In this document: in pieces, positions 13,500 through 25,619 of the stretch | Numbering within the stretch: the stretch's first letter is position 1 | Layout of the letters: each line of letters starts with the position of its first letter | Source of the DNA: Eledone cirrhosa | Taxonomy: Eukaryota | DNA length: 64,000 bases | Assembly: GCA_964016885.1 (NCBI GenBank) | Contig: OZ024743.1 | Location: 327,856,001-327,920,000, forward strand | Direction: 5' to 3' | The notes under the pieces: model-generated | Databases searched by the model: none | Told to the model about the DNA's origin: nothing | Seen by the model: only the letters and a program-made list of their open reading frames with translations | Made by a program: the position numbers and the translations under genes

Positions 13500-16400
13500 T
13501 AGCAGAGGGAACAGTAAGCTGGCAGTGGCAAGGAAGCTGTGTTGTGCATAGGCAGTAGTAGTCAGACACTATGTACTAGCAGAGGGGGAAGTAAGCTGGC
13601 AGTGGCAAGGAAGCTGTGTTGTGTATAGGAAGAAGTATTCAGACATTATGTACTAGCAGAGGGAACAGTAAGCTGGCAGTGGCAAGGAAGCTGTGTTGTG
13701 TATTGGAAGAAGTACTCTGCCACTATGTACTAGCAGAGGGAACAGTAAGCTGGCAGTGGCCAGGAAGCTGTGTTGTGTATAGGAAGAAGTAGTCAGACAT
13801 TATATACTAGCAGAGGGAACAGTAAGCTGGCAGTGGCAAGAAGCTGTGTTGTGTATAGGAAGAAGTAGTCAGACATTATGTACTAGCAGAGGGAACAGTA
13901 AGTTGGCAGTGGCAAGGAAGCTGTGCTGTGTATAGGAAGAAGTAGTCAGACATTATGTACTAGCAGAGGGAACAGTAAGCTGGCAGTCGCAAGGAAACTG
14001 TGTTGTGTATAGGAAGAAGGAGTCAGACACTATGTACTAGCAGGGGAAACAGTAAGCTGGCAGTGGTAAGGAATCTGTGTTGTGTATAGGAAGAAGGAGT
14101 CAGACACTAGGTACTAGCAGAGGGGGAAGTAAGCTGGCAGTGGCAGGGAAACTGCGTTGTGTATAGGAAGAAGTAGTCAGACAATATGTAATACAAGAGG
14201 GAGCTAGTAAGCTGGCAGTAGCAAGGAAGCTGTGTTGTGTATAGGAAGAAGTATTCAGACATTATGTACTAGCAGAGGGAACAGTAAGCTGGCAGTGGCA
14301 AGGAAGCTGTGTTGTGTATAGGAAGAAGTAGTCAGACATTATGTACTAGCAGAGGGGGAAGTAAGCTGGCAGTGGCAAGGAAGCTGTGTTGTGTATAGGA
14401 AGAAGTATTCAGACATTATGTACTAGCAGAGGGAACAGTAAGCTGGCAGTGGCAAGGAAGCTGTGTTGTGTATAGGAAGAAGTAGTCTGCCACTATGTAC
14501 TAGCAGAGGGAACAGTAAGCTGGCAGTGGCAAGGAAGCTGTGTTGTGTATAGGAAGAAGTAGTAAGACACTATGTACTAGCAGAGGGAACAGTAAGCTGG
14601 CAGTGGCAAGGAAGCTGTGTTGTTTATAGGAAGAAGGAGTCAGACACTATGTACTAGCAGAAGGAACAGTAATCTGGCAGTGGCAAAGGAAGCTGTGTTG
14701 TGGATAGGAAGAAGGAGTCAGACACTATGTACTAGCAGAGGGAACAGTAAGCTGGCAGTGGCCAGAAAGCTGTGTTGTGTAGAGGAAGAAGGAGTCAGAC
14801 ACTATGTACTAGCAGAGGGAACAGTAAGCTGGCAGTGGCCAGGAAGCTGTGTTGTGTATAGGAAGAAGGAGTCAGACACTATGTACTAGCAGAGGGAACA
14901 GTAAGCTGGCAGTGGCTAGAAAGCTGTGTTGTGTAGAGGAAGAAGGAGTCAGACACTATGTACTAGCAGAGGGAGCAGTAAGCTGGCAGTGGCCAGGAAG
15001 CTGTGTTGTGTATAGGAAGAAGGATTCAGACACTATGTACTAGCAGAGGGAACAGTAAGCTGGCAGTGGCCAGGAAGCTGTGTTGTGTATGGGAAGAAGT
15101 AGCCAGACATGTTGTACTAGCAGAGGGAACAGTAAGATGTCAGTGGTAAGGAAGCTGTTGTGTACAGGAGGAAGGAGTCAGACACTATGTACTAGCAGAG
15201 GGAACAGAAAGCTGGCAGTGGCAAGGAAGCTGTGTTGTGTATAGGAAGTAGTAGTCAGACATTATGTACTAGCAGAGGAAACAGTGAGCTGGCAGTGGCA
15301 AGGAAGCTCTGTTGTGTATAGGAAGACGTAGTCAGACATTATGTACTAGCAGAGGGAACAGTAAGCTGGCAGTGGCAAGGAAGCTGTGTTGTGTATAGGA
15401 AGAAAGAGTCAGACACTATGTTCTAGCAGAGGGAGCAGTAAGCTGGCAGTCGCAAGGAAACTGTGTTGTGTATAGGAAGAAGGAGTCAGACACAATGTAC
15501 TAGCAGAAGAAACAGTAAGCTGGCAGTGGTAAGGAAGCTGTGTTGTGTATAGGAAGAAAGAGTCAGACATTATGTACTACGAGAGGGAACAGTAAGCTGG
15601 CAGTGGCAAGGAAGCTGTGTTGTGTATAGGAAGAAGTAGTCAGACATTATGTACTAGCAGAGGGAGCAGTAAGCTGGCAGTGGCAAGGAACCTGTGGTGT
15701 GTATAGGAAGAAGTAGTCAGACATTATGTACTAATAGAAGGAACAGTAAGCTGGCAGTGGCAAGGAAGCTGTGTTGTGTATAGGAAGAAAGAGTCAGACA
15801 TTATGTACTACGAGAGGGAACAGTAAGCTGGCAGTGGCAAGGAAGCTGTGTTGTGTATAGGAAGAAGTAGTCAGACACTATGTACTAGCAGAGGGAACAG
15901 TAAGCTGTCAGTGGCAAGGAAGCTGTGTTGTGTATAGGAAGAAGTATTCAGACATTATGTACTAGCTGAGGGGGAAGTAAGCTGGCAGTGGCAAGGAGGC
16001 TGTGTTATGTATAGGAAGAAGTAGTCTGCCACTATGTACTAGCAGAGGGAACAGTAAGCTGGCAGTGGCAAGGAAGCTGTGTTGTGTATAGGAAGAAGTA
16101 GTCTGCCACTATATACTAGCAGAGGGAACAGTAAGCTGGCAGTGGCAAGGAAGCTGTGTTGTGTATAGGAAGAAGTAGTCAGACATTATGTACTAGCAGA
16201 GGGAACAGTAAGCTGGCAGTGGCAAGGAAGCTGTGTTGTGCATAGGCAGTAGTAGTCAGACACTATGTACTAGCAGAGGGGGAAGTAAGCTGGCAGTGGC
16301 AATGAAGCTGTGTTGTGTATAGGAAGAAGTATTCAGACATTATGTACTAGCAGAGGGAACAGTAAGCTGGCAGTGGCAAGGAAGCTGTGTTGTGTATTGG

Positions 16401-19400
16401 AAGAAGTAGTCTGCCACTATGTACTAGCAGAGGGAACAGTAAGCTGGCAGTGGCCAGGAAGCTGTGTTGTGTATAGGAAGAAGTAGTCAGACATTATATA
16501 CTAGCAGAGGGAACAGTAAGCTGGCAGTGGCAAGAAGCTGTGTTGTGTATAGGAAGAAGTAGTCAGACATTATGTACTAGCAGAGGGAACAGTAAGTTGG
16601 CAGTGGCAAGGAAGCTGTGCTGTGTATAGGAAGAAGTAGTCAGACATTATGTACTAGCAGAGGGAACAGTAAGCTGGCAGTCGCAAGGAAACTGTGTTGT
16701 GTATAGGAAGAAGGAGTCAGACACTATGTACTAGCAGGGGAAACAGTAAGCTGGCAGTGGTAAGGAATCTGTGTTGTGTATAGGAAGAAGGAGTCAGACA
16801 CTATGTACTAGCAGAGGGGGAAGTAAGCTGGCAGTGGCAAGGAAACTGCGTTGTGTATAGGAAGAAGTAGTCAGACATTATGTAATACAAGAGGGAGCCA
16901 GTAAGCTGGCAGTGGCAAGGAAGCTGTGTTGTGTATAGGAAGAAGTAGTCAGACACTATATACTAGCAGAGGGGGAAGTAAGCTGGCAGTGGCAAGGAAG
17001 CTGTGTTGTGTATAGGAAGAAGTATTCAGACATTATGTACTAGCAGAGGGAACAGTAAGCTGGCAGTGGCAAGGAAGCTGTGTTGTGTATAGGAAGAAGT
17101 AGTCTGCCACTATGTACTAGCAGAGGGAACAGTAAGCTGGCAGTGGCAAGGAAGCTGTGTTGTGTATAGGAAGAAGTAGTAAGACACTATGTACTAGCAG
17201 AGGGAACAGTAAGCTGGCAGTGGCAAGGAAGCTGTGTTGTTTATAGGAAGAAGGAGTCAGACACTATGTACTAGCAGAAGGAACAGTAATCTGGCAGTGG
17301 CAAAGGAAGCTGTGTTGTGGATAGGAAGAAGGAGTCAGACACTATGTACTAGCAGAGGGAACAGTAAGCTGGCAGTGGCCAGAAAGCTGTGTTGTGTAGA
17401 GGAAGAAGGAGTCAGACACTATGTACTAGCAGAGGGAACAGTAAGCTGGCAGTGGCCAGGAAGCTGTGTTGTGTATAGGAAGAAGGAGTCAGACACTATG
17501 TACTAGCAGAGGGAACAGTAAGCTGGCAGTGGCCAGAAAGCTGTGTTGTGTAGAGGAAGAAGGAGTCAGACACTATGTACTAGCAGAGGGAGCAGTAAGC
17601 TGGCAGTGGCCAGGAAGCTGTGTTGTGTATAGGAAGAAGGATTCAGACACTATGTACTAGCAGAGGGAACAGTAAGCTGGCAGTGGCCAGGAAGCTGTGT
17701 TGTGTATGGGAAGAAGTAGCCAGACATGATGTACTAGCAGAGGGAACAGTAAGATGTCAGTGGTAAGGAAGCTGTTGTGTACAGGAGGAAGGAGTCAGAC
17801 ACTATGTACTAGCAGAGGGAACAGAAAGCTGGCAGTGGCAAGGAAGCTGTGTTGTGTATAGGAAGTAGTAGTCAGACATTATGTACTAGCAGAGGAAACA
17901 GTGAGCTGGCAGTGGCAAGGAAGCTCTGTTGTGTATAGGAAGACGTAGTCAGACATTATGTACTAGCAGAGGGAACAGTAAGCTGGCAGTGGCAAGGAAG
18001 CTGTGTTGTGTATAGGAAGAAAGAGTCAGACACTATGTTCTAGCAGAGGGAGCAGTAAGCTGGCAGTCGCAAGGAAACTGTGTTGTGTATAGGAAGAAGG
18101 AGTCAGACACAATGTACTAGCAGAAGAAACAGTAAGCTGGCAGTGGTAAGGAAGCTGTGTTGTGTATAGGAAGAAAGAGTCAGACATTATGTACTACGAG
18201 AGGGAACAGTAAGCTGGCAGTGGCAAGGAAGCTGTGTTGTGTATAGGAAGAAGTAGTCAGACATTATGTACTAGCAGAGGGAGCAGTAAGCTGGCAGTGG
18301 CAAGGAACCTGTGTTGTGTATAGGAAGAAGTAGTCAGACATTATGTACTAATAGAAGGAACAGTAAGCTGGCAGTGGCAAGGAAGCTGTGTTGTGTATAG
18401 GAAGAAGTAGTCAGACACTATTTACTAGCAGAGGGAACAGTAAGCTGGCAGTGGCAAGGAAGCTGTGTTGTGTATAGGAAGAAGTATTCAGACATTATGT
18501 ACTAGCTAAGGGGGAAGTAAGCTGGCAGTGGCAAGGAGGCTGTGTTATGTATAGGAAGAAGTAGTCTGCCACTATGTACTAGCAGAGGGAACAGTAAGCT
18601 GGCAGTGGCAAGGAAGCTGTGTTGTGTATAGGAAGAAGTAGTCTGCCACTATATACTAGCAGAGGGAACAGTAAGCTGGCAGTCGCAAGGAAGCTGTGTT
18701 GTGTATAGGAAGAAGTAGTCAGACATTATGTACTAGCAGAGGGAACAGTAAGCTGGCAGTGGCAAGGAAGCTGTGTTGTGCATAGGCAGTAGTAGTCAGA
18801 CACTATGTACTAGCAGAGGGGGAAGTAAGCTGGCAGTGGCAAGGAAGCTGTGTTGTGTATAGGAAGAAGTATTCAGACATTATGTACTAGCAGAGGGAAC
18901 AGTAAGCTGGCAGTGGCAAGGAAGCTGTGTTGTGTATTGGAAGATGTAGTCTGCCACTATGTACTAGCAGAGGGAACAGTAAGCTGGCAGTGGCCAGGAA
19001 GCTGTGTTGTGTATAGGAAGAAGTAGTCAGACATTATATACTAGCAGAGGGAACAGTAAGCTGGCAGTGGCAAGAAGCTGTGTTGTGTATAGGAAGAAGT
19101 AGTCAGACATTATGTACTAGCAGAGGGAACAGTAAGTTGGCAGTGGCAAGGAAGCTGTGCTGTGTATAGGAAGAAGTAGTCAGACATTATGTACTAGCAG
19201 AGGGAACAGTAAGCTGGCAGTCGCAAGGAAACTGTGTTGTGTATAGGAAGAAGGAGTCAGACACTATGTACTAGCAGGGGAAACAGTAAGCTGGCAGTGG
19301 TAAGGAATCTGTGTTGTGTATAGGAAGAAGGAGTCAGACACTATGTACTAGCAGAGGGGGAAGTAAGCTGGCAGTGGCAAGGAAACTGCGTTGTGTATAG

Positions 19401-21060
19401 GAAGAAGTAGTCAGACATTATGTAATACAAGAGGGAGCCAGTAAGCTGGCAGTGGCAAGGAAGCTGTGTTGTGTATAGGAAGAAGTAGTCAGACACTATG
19501 TACTAGCAGAGGGGGAAGTAAGCTGGCAGTGGCAAGGAAGCTGTGTTGTGTATAGGAAGAAGTATTCAGACATTATGTACTAGCAGAGGGAACAGTAAGC
19601 TGGCAGTGGCAAGGAAGCTGTGTTGTGTATAGGAAGAAGTAGTCTGCCACTATGTACTAGCAGAGGGAACAGTAAGCTGGCAGTGGCAAGGAAGCTGTGT
19701 TGTGTATAGGAAGAAGTAGTAATACACTGTGTACTAGCAGAGGGAACAGTAAGCTGGCAGTGGCAAGGAAGCTGTGTTGTTTATAGGAAGAAGGAGTCAG
19801 ACACTATGTACTAGCAGAAGGAACAGTAATCTGGCAGTGGCAAAGGAAGCTGTGTTGTGGATAGGAAGAAGGAGTCAGACACTATGTACTAGCAGAGGGA
19901 ACAGTAAGCTGGCAGTGGCCAGAAAGCTGTGTTGTGTAGAGGAAGAAGGAGTCAGACACTATGTACTAGCAGAGGGAACAGTAAGCTGGCAGTGGCCAGG
20001 AAGCTGTGTTGTGTATAGGAAGAAGGAGTCAGACACTATGTACTAGCAGAGGGAACAGTAAGCTGGCAGTGGCCAGAAAGCTGTGTTGTGTAGAGGAAGA
20101 AGGAGTCAGACACTATGTACTAGCAGAGGGAGCAGTAAGCTGGCAGTGGCCAGGAAGCTGTGTTGTGTATAGGAAGAAGGATTCAGACACTATGTACTAG
20201 CAGAGGGAACAGTAAGCTGGCAGTGGCCAGGAAGCTGTGTTGTGTATGGGAAGAAGTAGCCAGACATGATGTACTAGCAGAGGGAACAGTAAGATGTCAG
20301 TGGTAAGGAAGCTGTTGTGTACAGGAGGAAGGAGTCAGACACTATGTACTAGCAGAGGGAACAGAAAGCTGGCAGTGGCAAGGAAGCTGTGTTGTGTATA
20401 GGAAGAAAGAGTCAGACACTATGTTCTAGCAGAGGGAGCAGTAAGCTGGCAGTCGCAAGGAAACTGTGTTGTGTATAGGAAGAAGGAGTCAGACACTATG
20501 TACTAGCAGAAGAAACAGTAAGCTGGCAGTGGTAAGGAAGCTGTGTTGTGTATAGGAAGAAAGAGTCAGACATTATGTACTACGAGAGGGAACAGTAAGC
20601 TGGCAGTGGCAAGGAAGCTGTGTTGTGTATAGGAAGAAGTAGTCAGACATTATGTACTAGCAGAGGGAGCAGTAAGCTGGCAGTGGCAAGGAACCTGTGT
20701 TGTGTATAGGAAGAAGTAGTCAGACATTATGTACTAATAAAAGGAACAGTAAGCTGGCAGTGGCAAGGAAGCTGTGTTGTGTATAGGAAGAAGTAGTCAG
20801 ACACTATGTACTAGCAGAGGGAACAGTAAGCTGTCAGTGGAAAGGAAGCTGTGTTGTGTATAGGAAGAAGTATTCAGACATTATATACTAGCTGAGGGGG
20901 AAGTAAGCTGGCAGTGGCAAGGAGGCTGTGTTATGTATAGGAAGAAGTAGTCTGCCACTATGTACTAGCAGAGGGAACAGTAAGCTGGCAGTGGCAAGGA
21001 AGCTGTGTTGTGTATAGGAAGAAGTAGTCTGCCACTATATACTAGCAGAGGGAACAGTAA
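13500..21060 (+). repeat. Higher-order repeat: three tandem copies of a ~2.5-2.7-kb (33-35 monomer) unit
   Basis: The marker AAGATGTCAGTGGTAAGGAAGCTGTTGTGTACAGGAGG is at 15134, 17751 and 20291 (spacings 2617, 2540). The 1-bp-deleted GCAAGAAGCTG is at about 13841, 16535 and 19075. Identical ORF pairs occur at 14617, 17234 and 19774. Confidence 0.9.
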
Positions 21061-22219
21061 GCTGGCAGTGGCAAGGAAGCTGTGTTGTGTATAGGAAGTA
21101 GTAGTCAAACATTATGTACTATCAGAGTGAACAGTAAGCTGGCAGTGGCAAGGAAGCTGTGTTGTGTATAGGCAGAAGGAGTCAGACACTAGGTACTAGC
21201 AGAGGGAACAGTAAGCTGGCAGTGGCAAGGAAGCTGTGTCGTGTATAGGAAGAAGTAGTCGGACATTATGTACTATCAGAGGGAACAGTAAGCTGGCAGT
21301 GGCAAAGAAGCTGTGTTGTGTATAGGAAGAAGTAGTCAGACATTATGTACTAGCAGAGGGAACAGTAAGCTGGCAGTTGCAAGGAAGCTGTGTTGTGTAT
21401 AGGAAGTAGTAGTCAGACATTGTGTACTAGCAGAGGCAACAGTAAGCTGGCAGTGGGAAGGAAGCTGTATTGTGTATAGGAAGAAGGAGTCAGACACTAG
21501 GTACTAGCAGAGGGAACAGTAAGCTGGCAGTGGAAAGGAAGCTGTGTTGTGTATAGGAAGAAGTAGTCAGACATTATGTACTAGCAGAGGGAACAGTAAG
21601 CTGGCAGTGGCAAGGAAGATGTGTTGTGCATAGGCAGTAGTAGTCAGACACTATGTACTAGCAGAGGGGGGAGTAAGCTGGAAGTGGCAAGGAAGCTGTG
21701 TTGTTTATAGGAAGAAGTATTCAGACATTATGTACTAGCAGCGGGAACAGTAAGCTGGCAGTGGCCAGGAAGCTGTGTTGTGTATAGGAAGAAGTAGTCA
21801 GACATTATGTACTAGCAGAGGGAACAGTAAGCTGCCAGTGGCAAGGAAGCTGTGCTCTGTATAGGATGAAGTAGTCAGACACTATGTACTAGCAGAAGGA
21901 GCAGTAAGTTGGCAGTGGCAAGGAAGCTGTGCTGTGTATAGGAAGAAGTAGTCAGACATTATGTACTAGCAGAGGGAACAGTAAGCTGGCAGTCGCAAGG
22001 AAACTGTGTTGTGTATAGGAAGAAGGAGTCAGACACTATGTACTAGCAGAGGAAACAGTAAGCTGGCTGTGGTAAGGAAGCTGTGTTTTTGTATAGGAAG
22101 AAAGAGTCAGACACTGTCTACTACGAGAGGGAACAGTAAGCTGGCAGTGGCAAGGAAACTGCGTTGTGTATAGGAAGAAGTAGTCAGACATTATGTACTA
22201 CAAGAGGGAGCCAGTAAGC

Positions 22220-23600
22220 TGGCAGTGGCAAAGGAGGCTGTGTTGTGTATAGGAAGAAGTAGTCAGACATTATGTACTAGCAGAGGGAACAGTAAGCTGG
22301 CAGTGGCAAGGAAGCTGTGTTGTGGATAGGAAGAAGTAGTCAGACATTATGTACTAGCAGAGGGAACAGTAAGCTGGCAGTGGCAAGGAAGCTGTGTTGT
22401 GTATAGGAAGAAGGAGTCAGACACTATGTACTAGCAGAGGGAACAGTAAGCTGGCAGTGGCAAAGGAGGCTGTGTTGTGTATAGGAAGAAGTAGTCAGAC
22501 ATTATGTACTAGCAGAGGGAACAGTAAGCTGGCAGTGGCAATGGAGGCTGTGTTGTGCATAGGCAGTAGTAGTCAGACATTATGTACTAGCAGAGGGAAC
22601 AGTAATCTGGCAGTGGCAATGGAAGCTGTGTTGTGTATAGGAAGAAGTAGTCAGACATTATGTACTAGCAGAGGGAACATTAAGCTGGCAGTGGCAATGG
22701 AAGCTGTGTTGTGTATAGGAAGAAGTAGTCAGACATTATGTACTAGCAGAGGGAACAGAAAGCTTGCAGTGGCAAACGAGGCTGTGTTGTGTATAGGAAG
22801 AAGTAGTCAGAGATTATGTACTAGCAGAGGGAACAGTAAGCTGGCAGTGGCAAACGAGGCTGTGTTGTGTATAGGAAGAAGTTATCAGACATTATGTACT
22901 AGCAGAGGGAACAGTAAGCTGGCAGTGGCAAGGAAACTGTGTTGTGTATAGGAAGAAGTAGTCAGACACTATGTACTAGCAGAGGGAACAGTAAGCTGGC
23001 AGTGGCAAAGGAGGCTGTGTTATGTATAGGAAGAAGTAGTCAGACATTATGTACTAGCAGAGGGAACAGTAAGCTGGCAGTGGCAAAGGAGGCTGTGTTA
23101 TGTATAGGAAGAAGTAGTCAGACATTATGTACTAGCAGAGGGAACAGTAAGCTGGCAGTGGCAAACGAGGCTGTGTTGTGTATAGGAAGAAGGAGTCAGA
23201 CATTATGTACTAGCAGAGGGAACAGTAAGCTGGCAGTGGCAAACGAGGCTGTGTTGTGTATAGGAAGAAGTAGTCAGACACTATGTACTAGCAGAGGGAA
23301 CAGAAAGCTTGCAGTGGCAAGGAAGCTGTGTTGTGTATAGGAAGAAGTAGTCAGACACTATGTACTAGCAAAGGGAACAGTAAGCTGGCAGTGGCAAAGG
23401 AGGCACTGTTGTGTATAGGAAGAAGTAGTCAGACATTATGTACTAGCAGAGGGAACAGAAAGCTTGCAGTGGCAAGGAAGCTGTGTTGTGTATAGGAAGA
23501 AGTAGTCAGACACTATGTACTAGCAGAGGGAACAGTAAGCTGGCAGTGGCAAAGGAGGCTGTGTTGTGTATAGGAAGAAGTAGTCAGACATTATGTACTA
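22220..23600 (+). repeat. Tract enriched in the 78-bp monomer subtype (GCAAAGGAGGCTG / GCAAACGAGG / GCAATGGA)
   Basis: A +1 nt and a linked A>G change relative to GCAAGGAAGCTG; gives the in-frame 26-aa repeat ORFs 22394..23340. Confidence 0.9.
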
Positions 23601-25619
23601 GCAGAGAGAACAGTAAGCTGGCAGTGGCTAGGAAGCTGTGTTGTGTATGGGAAGAAGTAGCCAGACATGATGTACTAGCAGAGGGAACAGTAAGATGTCA
23701 GTGGTAAGGAAGCTGTTGTGTACAGGAGGAAGGAGTCAGACACTATGTACTAGCAGAGGGAACAGAAAGCTGGCAGTGGCAAGGAAGCTGTGTGGTGTAT
23801 AGGAAGTAGTAGTCAAACATTATGTACTAGCAGAGGAAACAGTGAGCTGGCAGTGGCAAGGAAGCTCTGTTGTGTATAGGAAAACGTAGTCAGACATTAT
23901 GTACTAGCAGAGGGAACAGTAAGCTGGCAGTGGCAAGGAAACTGTGTTGTGTATAGCAAGAAATAGTCAGACACTATGTACTAGCAGAGGGAGCAGTAAG
24001 CTGGCAGTCGCAAGGAAACTGTGTTGTGTATAGGAAGAAGGAGTCAGACACTATGTACTAGCAGAAGAAACAGTAAGCTGGCAGTGGTAAGGAAGCTGTG
24101 TTGTGTATAGGAAGAAAGAGTCAGACATTATGTACTACGAGAAGGAACAGTAAGCTGGCAGTGGCAAGGAAGCTGTGTTGTGTATAGGAAGAGGTAGTCA
24201 GACATTATGTACTAGCAGAGGGAGCAGTAAGCTGGCAGTGGCAAGGAAGCTGTGTTGTGTATAGGAAGAAGTATTCAGACATTATGTACTAGCAGAGGGG
24301 GAAGTAAGCTGGCAGTGGCAAGGAGGCTGTGTTATGTATAGGAAGAAGTAGTCTGCCACTATGTACTAGCAGAGGGAACAGTAAGCTGGCAGTGGCAAGG
24401 AAGCTGTGTTGTGTATAGGAAGAAGTAGTCTGCCACTATATACTAGCAGAGGGAACAGTAAGCTGGCAGTGGCAAGGAAGCTGTGTTGTGTATAGGAAGA
24501 AGTAGTCAGCCACTATGTACTAGCAGAAGGAACACTAAGTTGGCAGTGGCAAGGAAGCTGTGTTGTGTATAGGAAGTAGTAGTCAAACATTATGTTCTAT
24601 CAGAGTGAACAGTAAGCTGGCAGTGGCAAGGAAGCTGTGTTGTGTATAGGCAGAAGGAGTCAGACACTAGGTACTAGCAGAGGGAACAGTAAGCTGGCAG
24701 TGGCAAGGAAGCTGTGTCGTGTATAGGAAGAAGTAGTCGGACATTATGTACTATCAGAGGGAACAGTAAGCTGGCAGTGGCAAAGAAGCTGTGTTGTGTA
24801 TAGGAAGAAGTAGTCAGACATTATGTACTAGCAGAGGAACAGTAAGCTGGCAGTTGCAAGGAAGCTGTGTTGTGTATAGGAAGTAGTAGTCAGACATTGT
24901 GTACTAGCAGAGGCAACAGTAAGCTGGCAGTGGGAAGGAAGCTGTATTGTGTATAGGAAGAAGGAGTCAGACACTAGGTACTAGCCGAGGGAACAGTAAG
25001 CTGGCAGTGGCAAGGAAGCTGTGTTGTGTATAGGAAGAAGTAGTCAGACATTATGTACTAGCAGAGGGAACAGTAAGCTGGCAGTGGCAAGGAAGCTGTG
25101 TTGTGCATAGGCAGTAGTAGTCAGACACTATGTACTAGCAGAGGGGAAAGTAAGCTGGCAGTGGCAAGGAAGCTGTGTTGTGTATAGGAAGAAGTATTCA
25201 GACATTATGTACTAGCAGAGGGAACAGTAAGCTGGCAGTGGCCAGGAAGCTGTGTTGTGTATAGGAAGAAGTAGTCAGACATTATGTACTAGCAGAGGGA
25301 ACAGTAAGCTGCCAGTGGCAAGGAAGCTGTGCTGTGTATAGGAAGAAGTAGTCAGACACTATGTACTAGCAGAAGGAACAGTAAGTTGGCAGTGGCAAGG
25401 AAGCTGTGCTGTGTATAGGAAGAAGTAGTCAGACATTATGTACTAGCAGAGGGAACAGTAAGCTGGCTGTGGTAAGGAAGCTGTGTTGTGTATAGGAAGA
25501 AAGAGTCAGACACTGTCTACTACGAGAGGGAACAGTAAGCTGGCAGTGGCAAGGAAACTGCGTTGTGTATGGGAAGAAGTAGTCAGACATTATGTACTAC
25601 AAGATGGAGCCAGTAAGCT

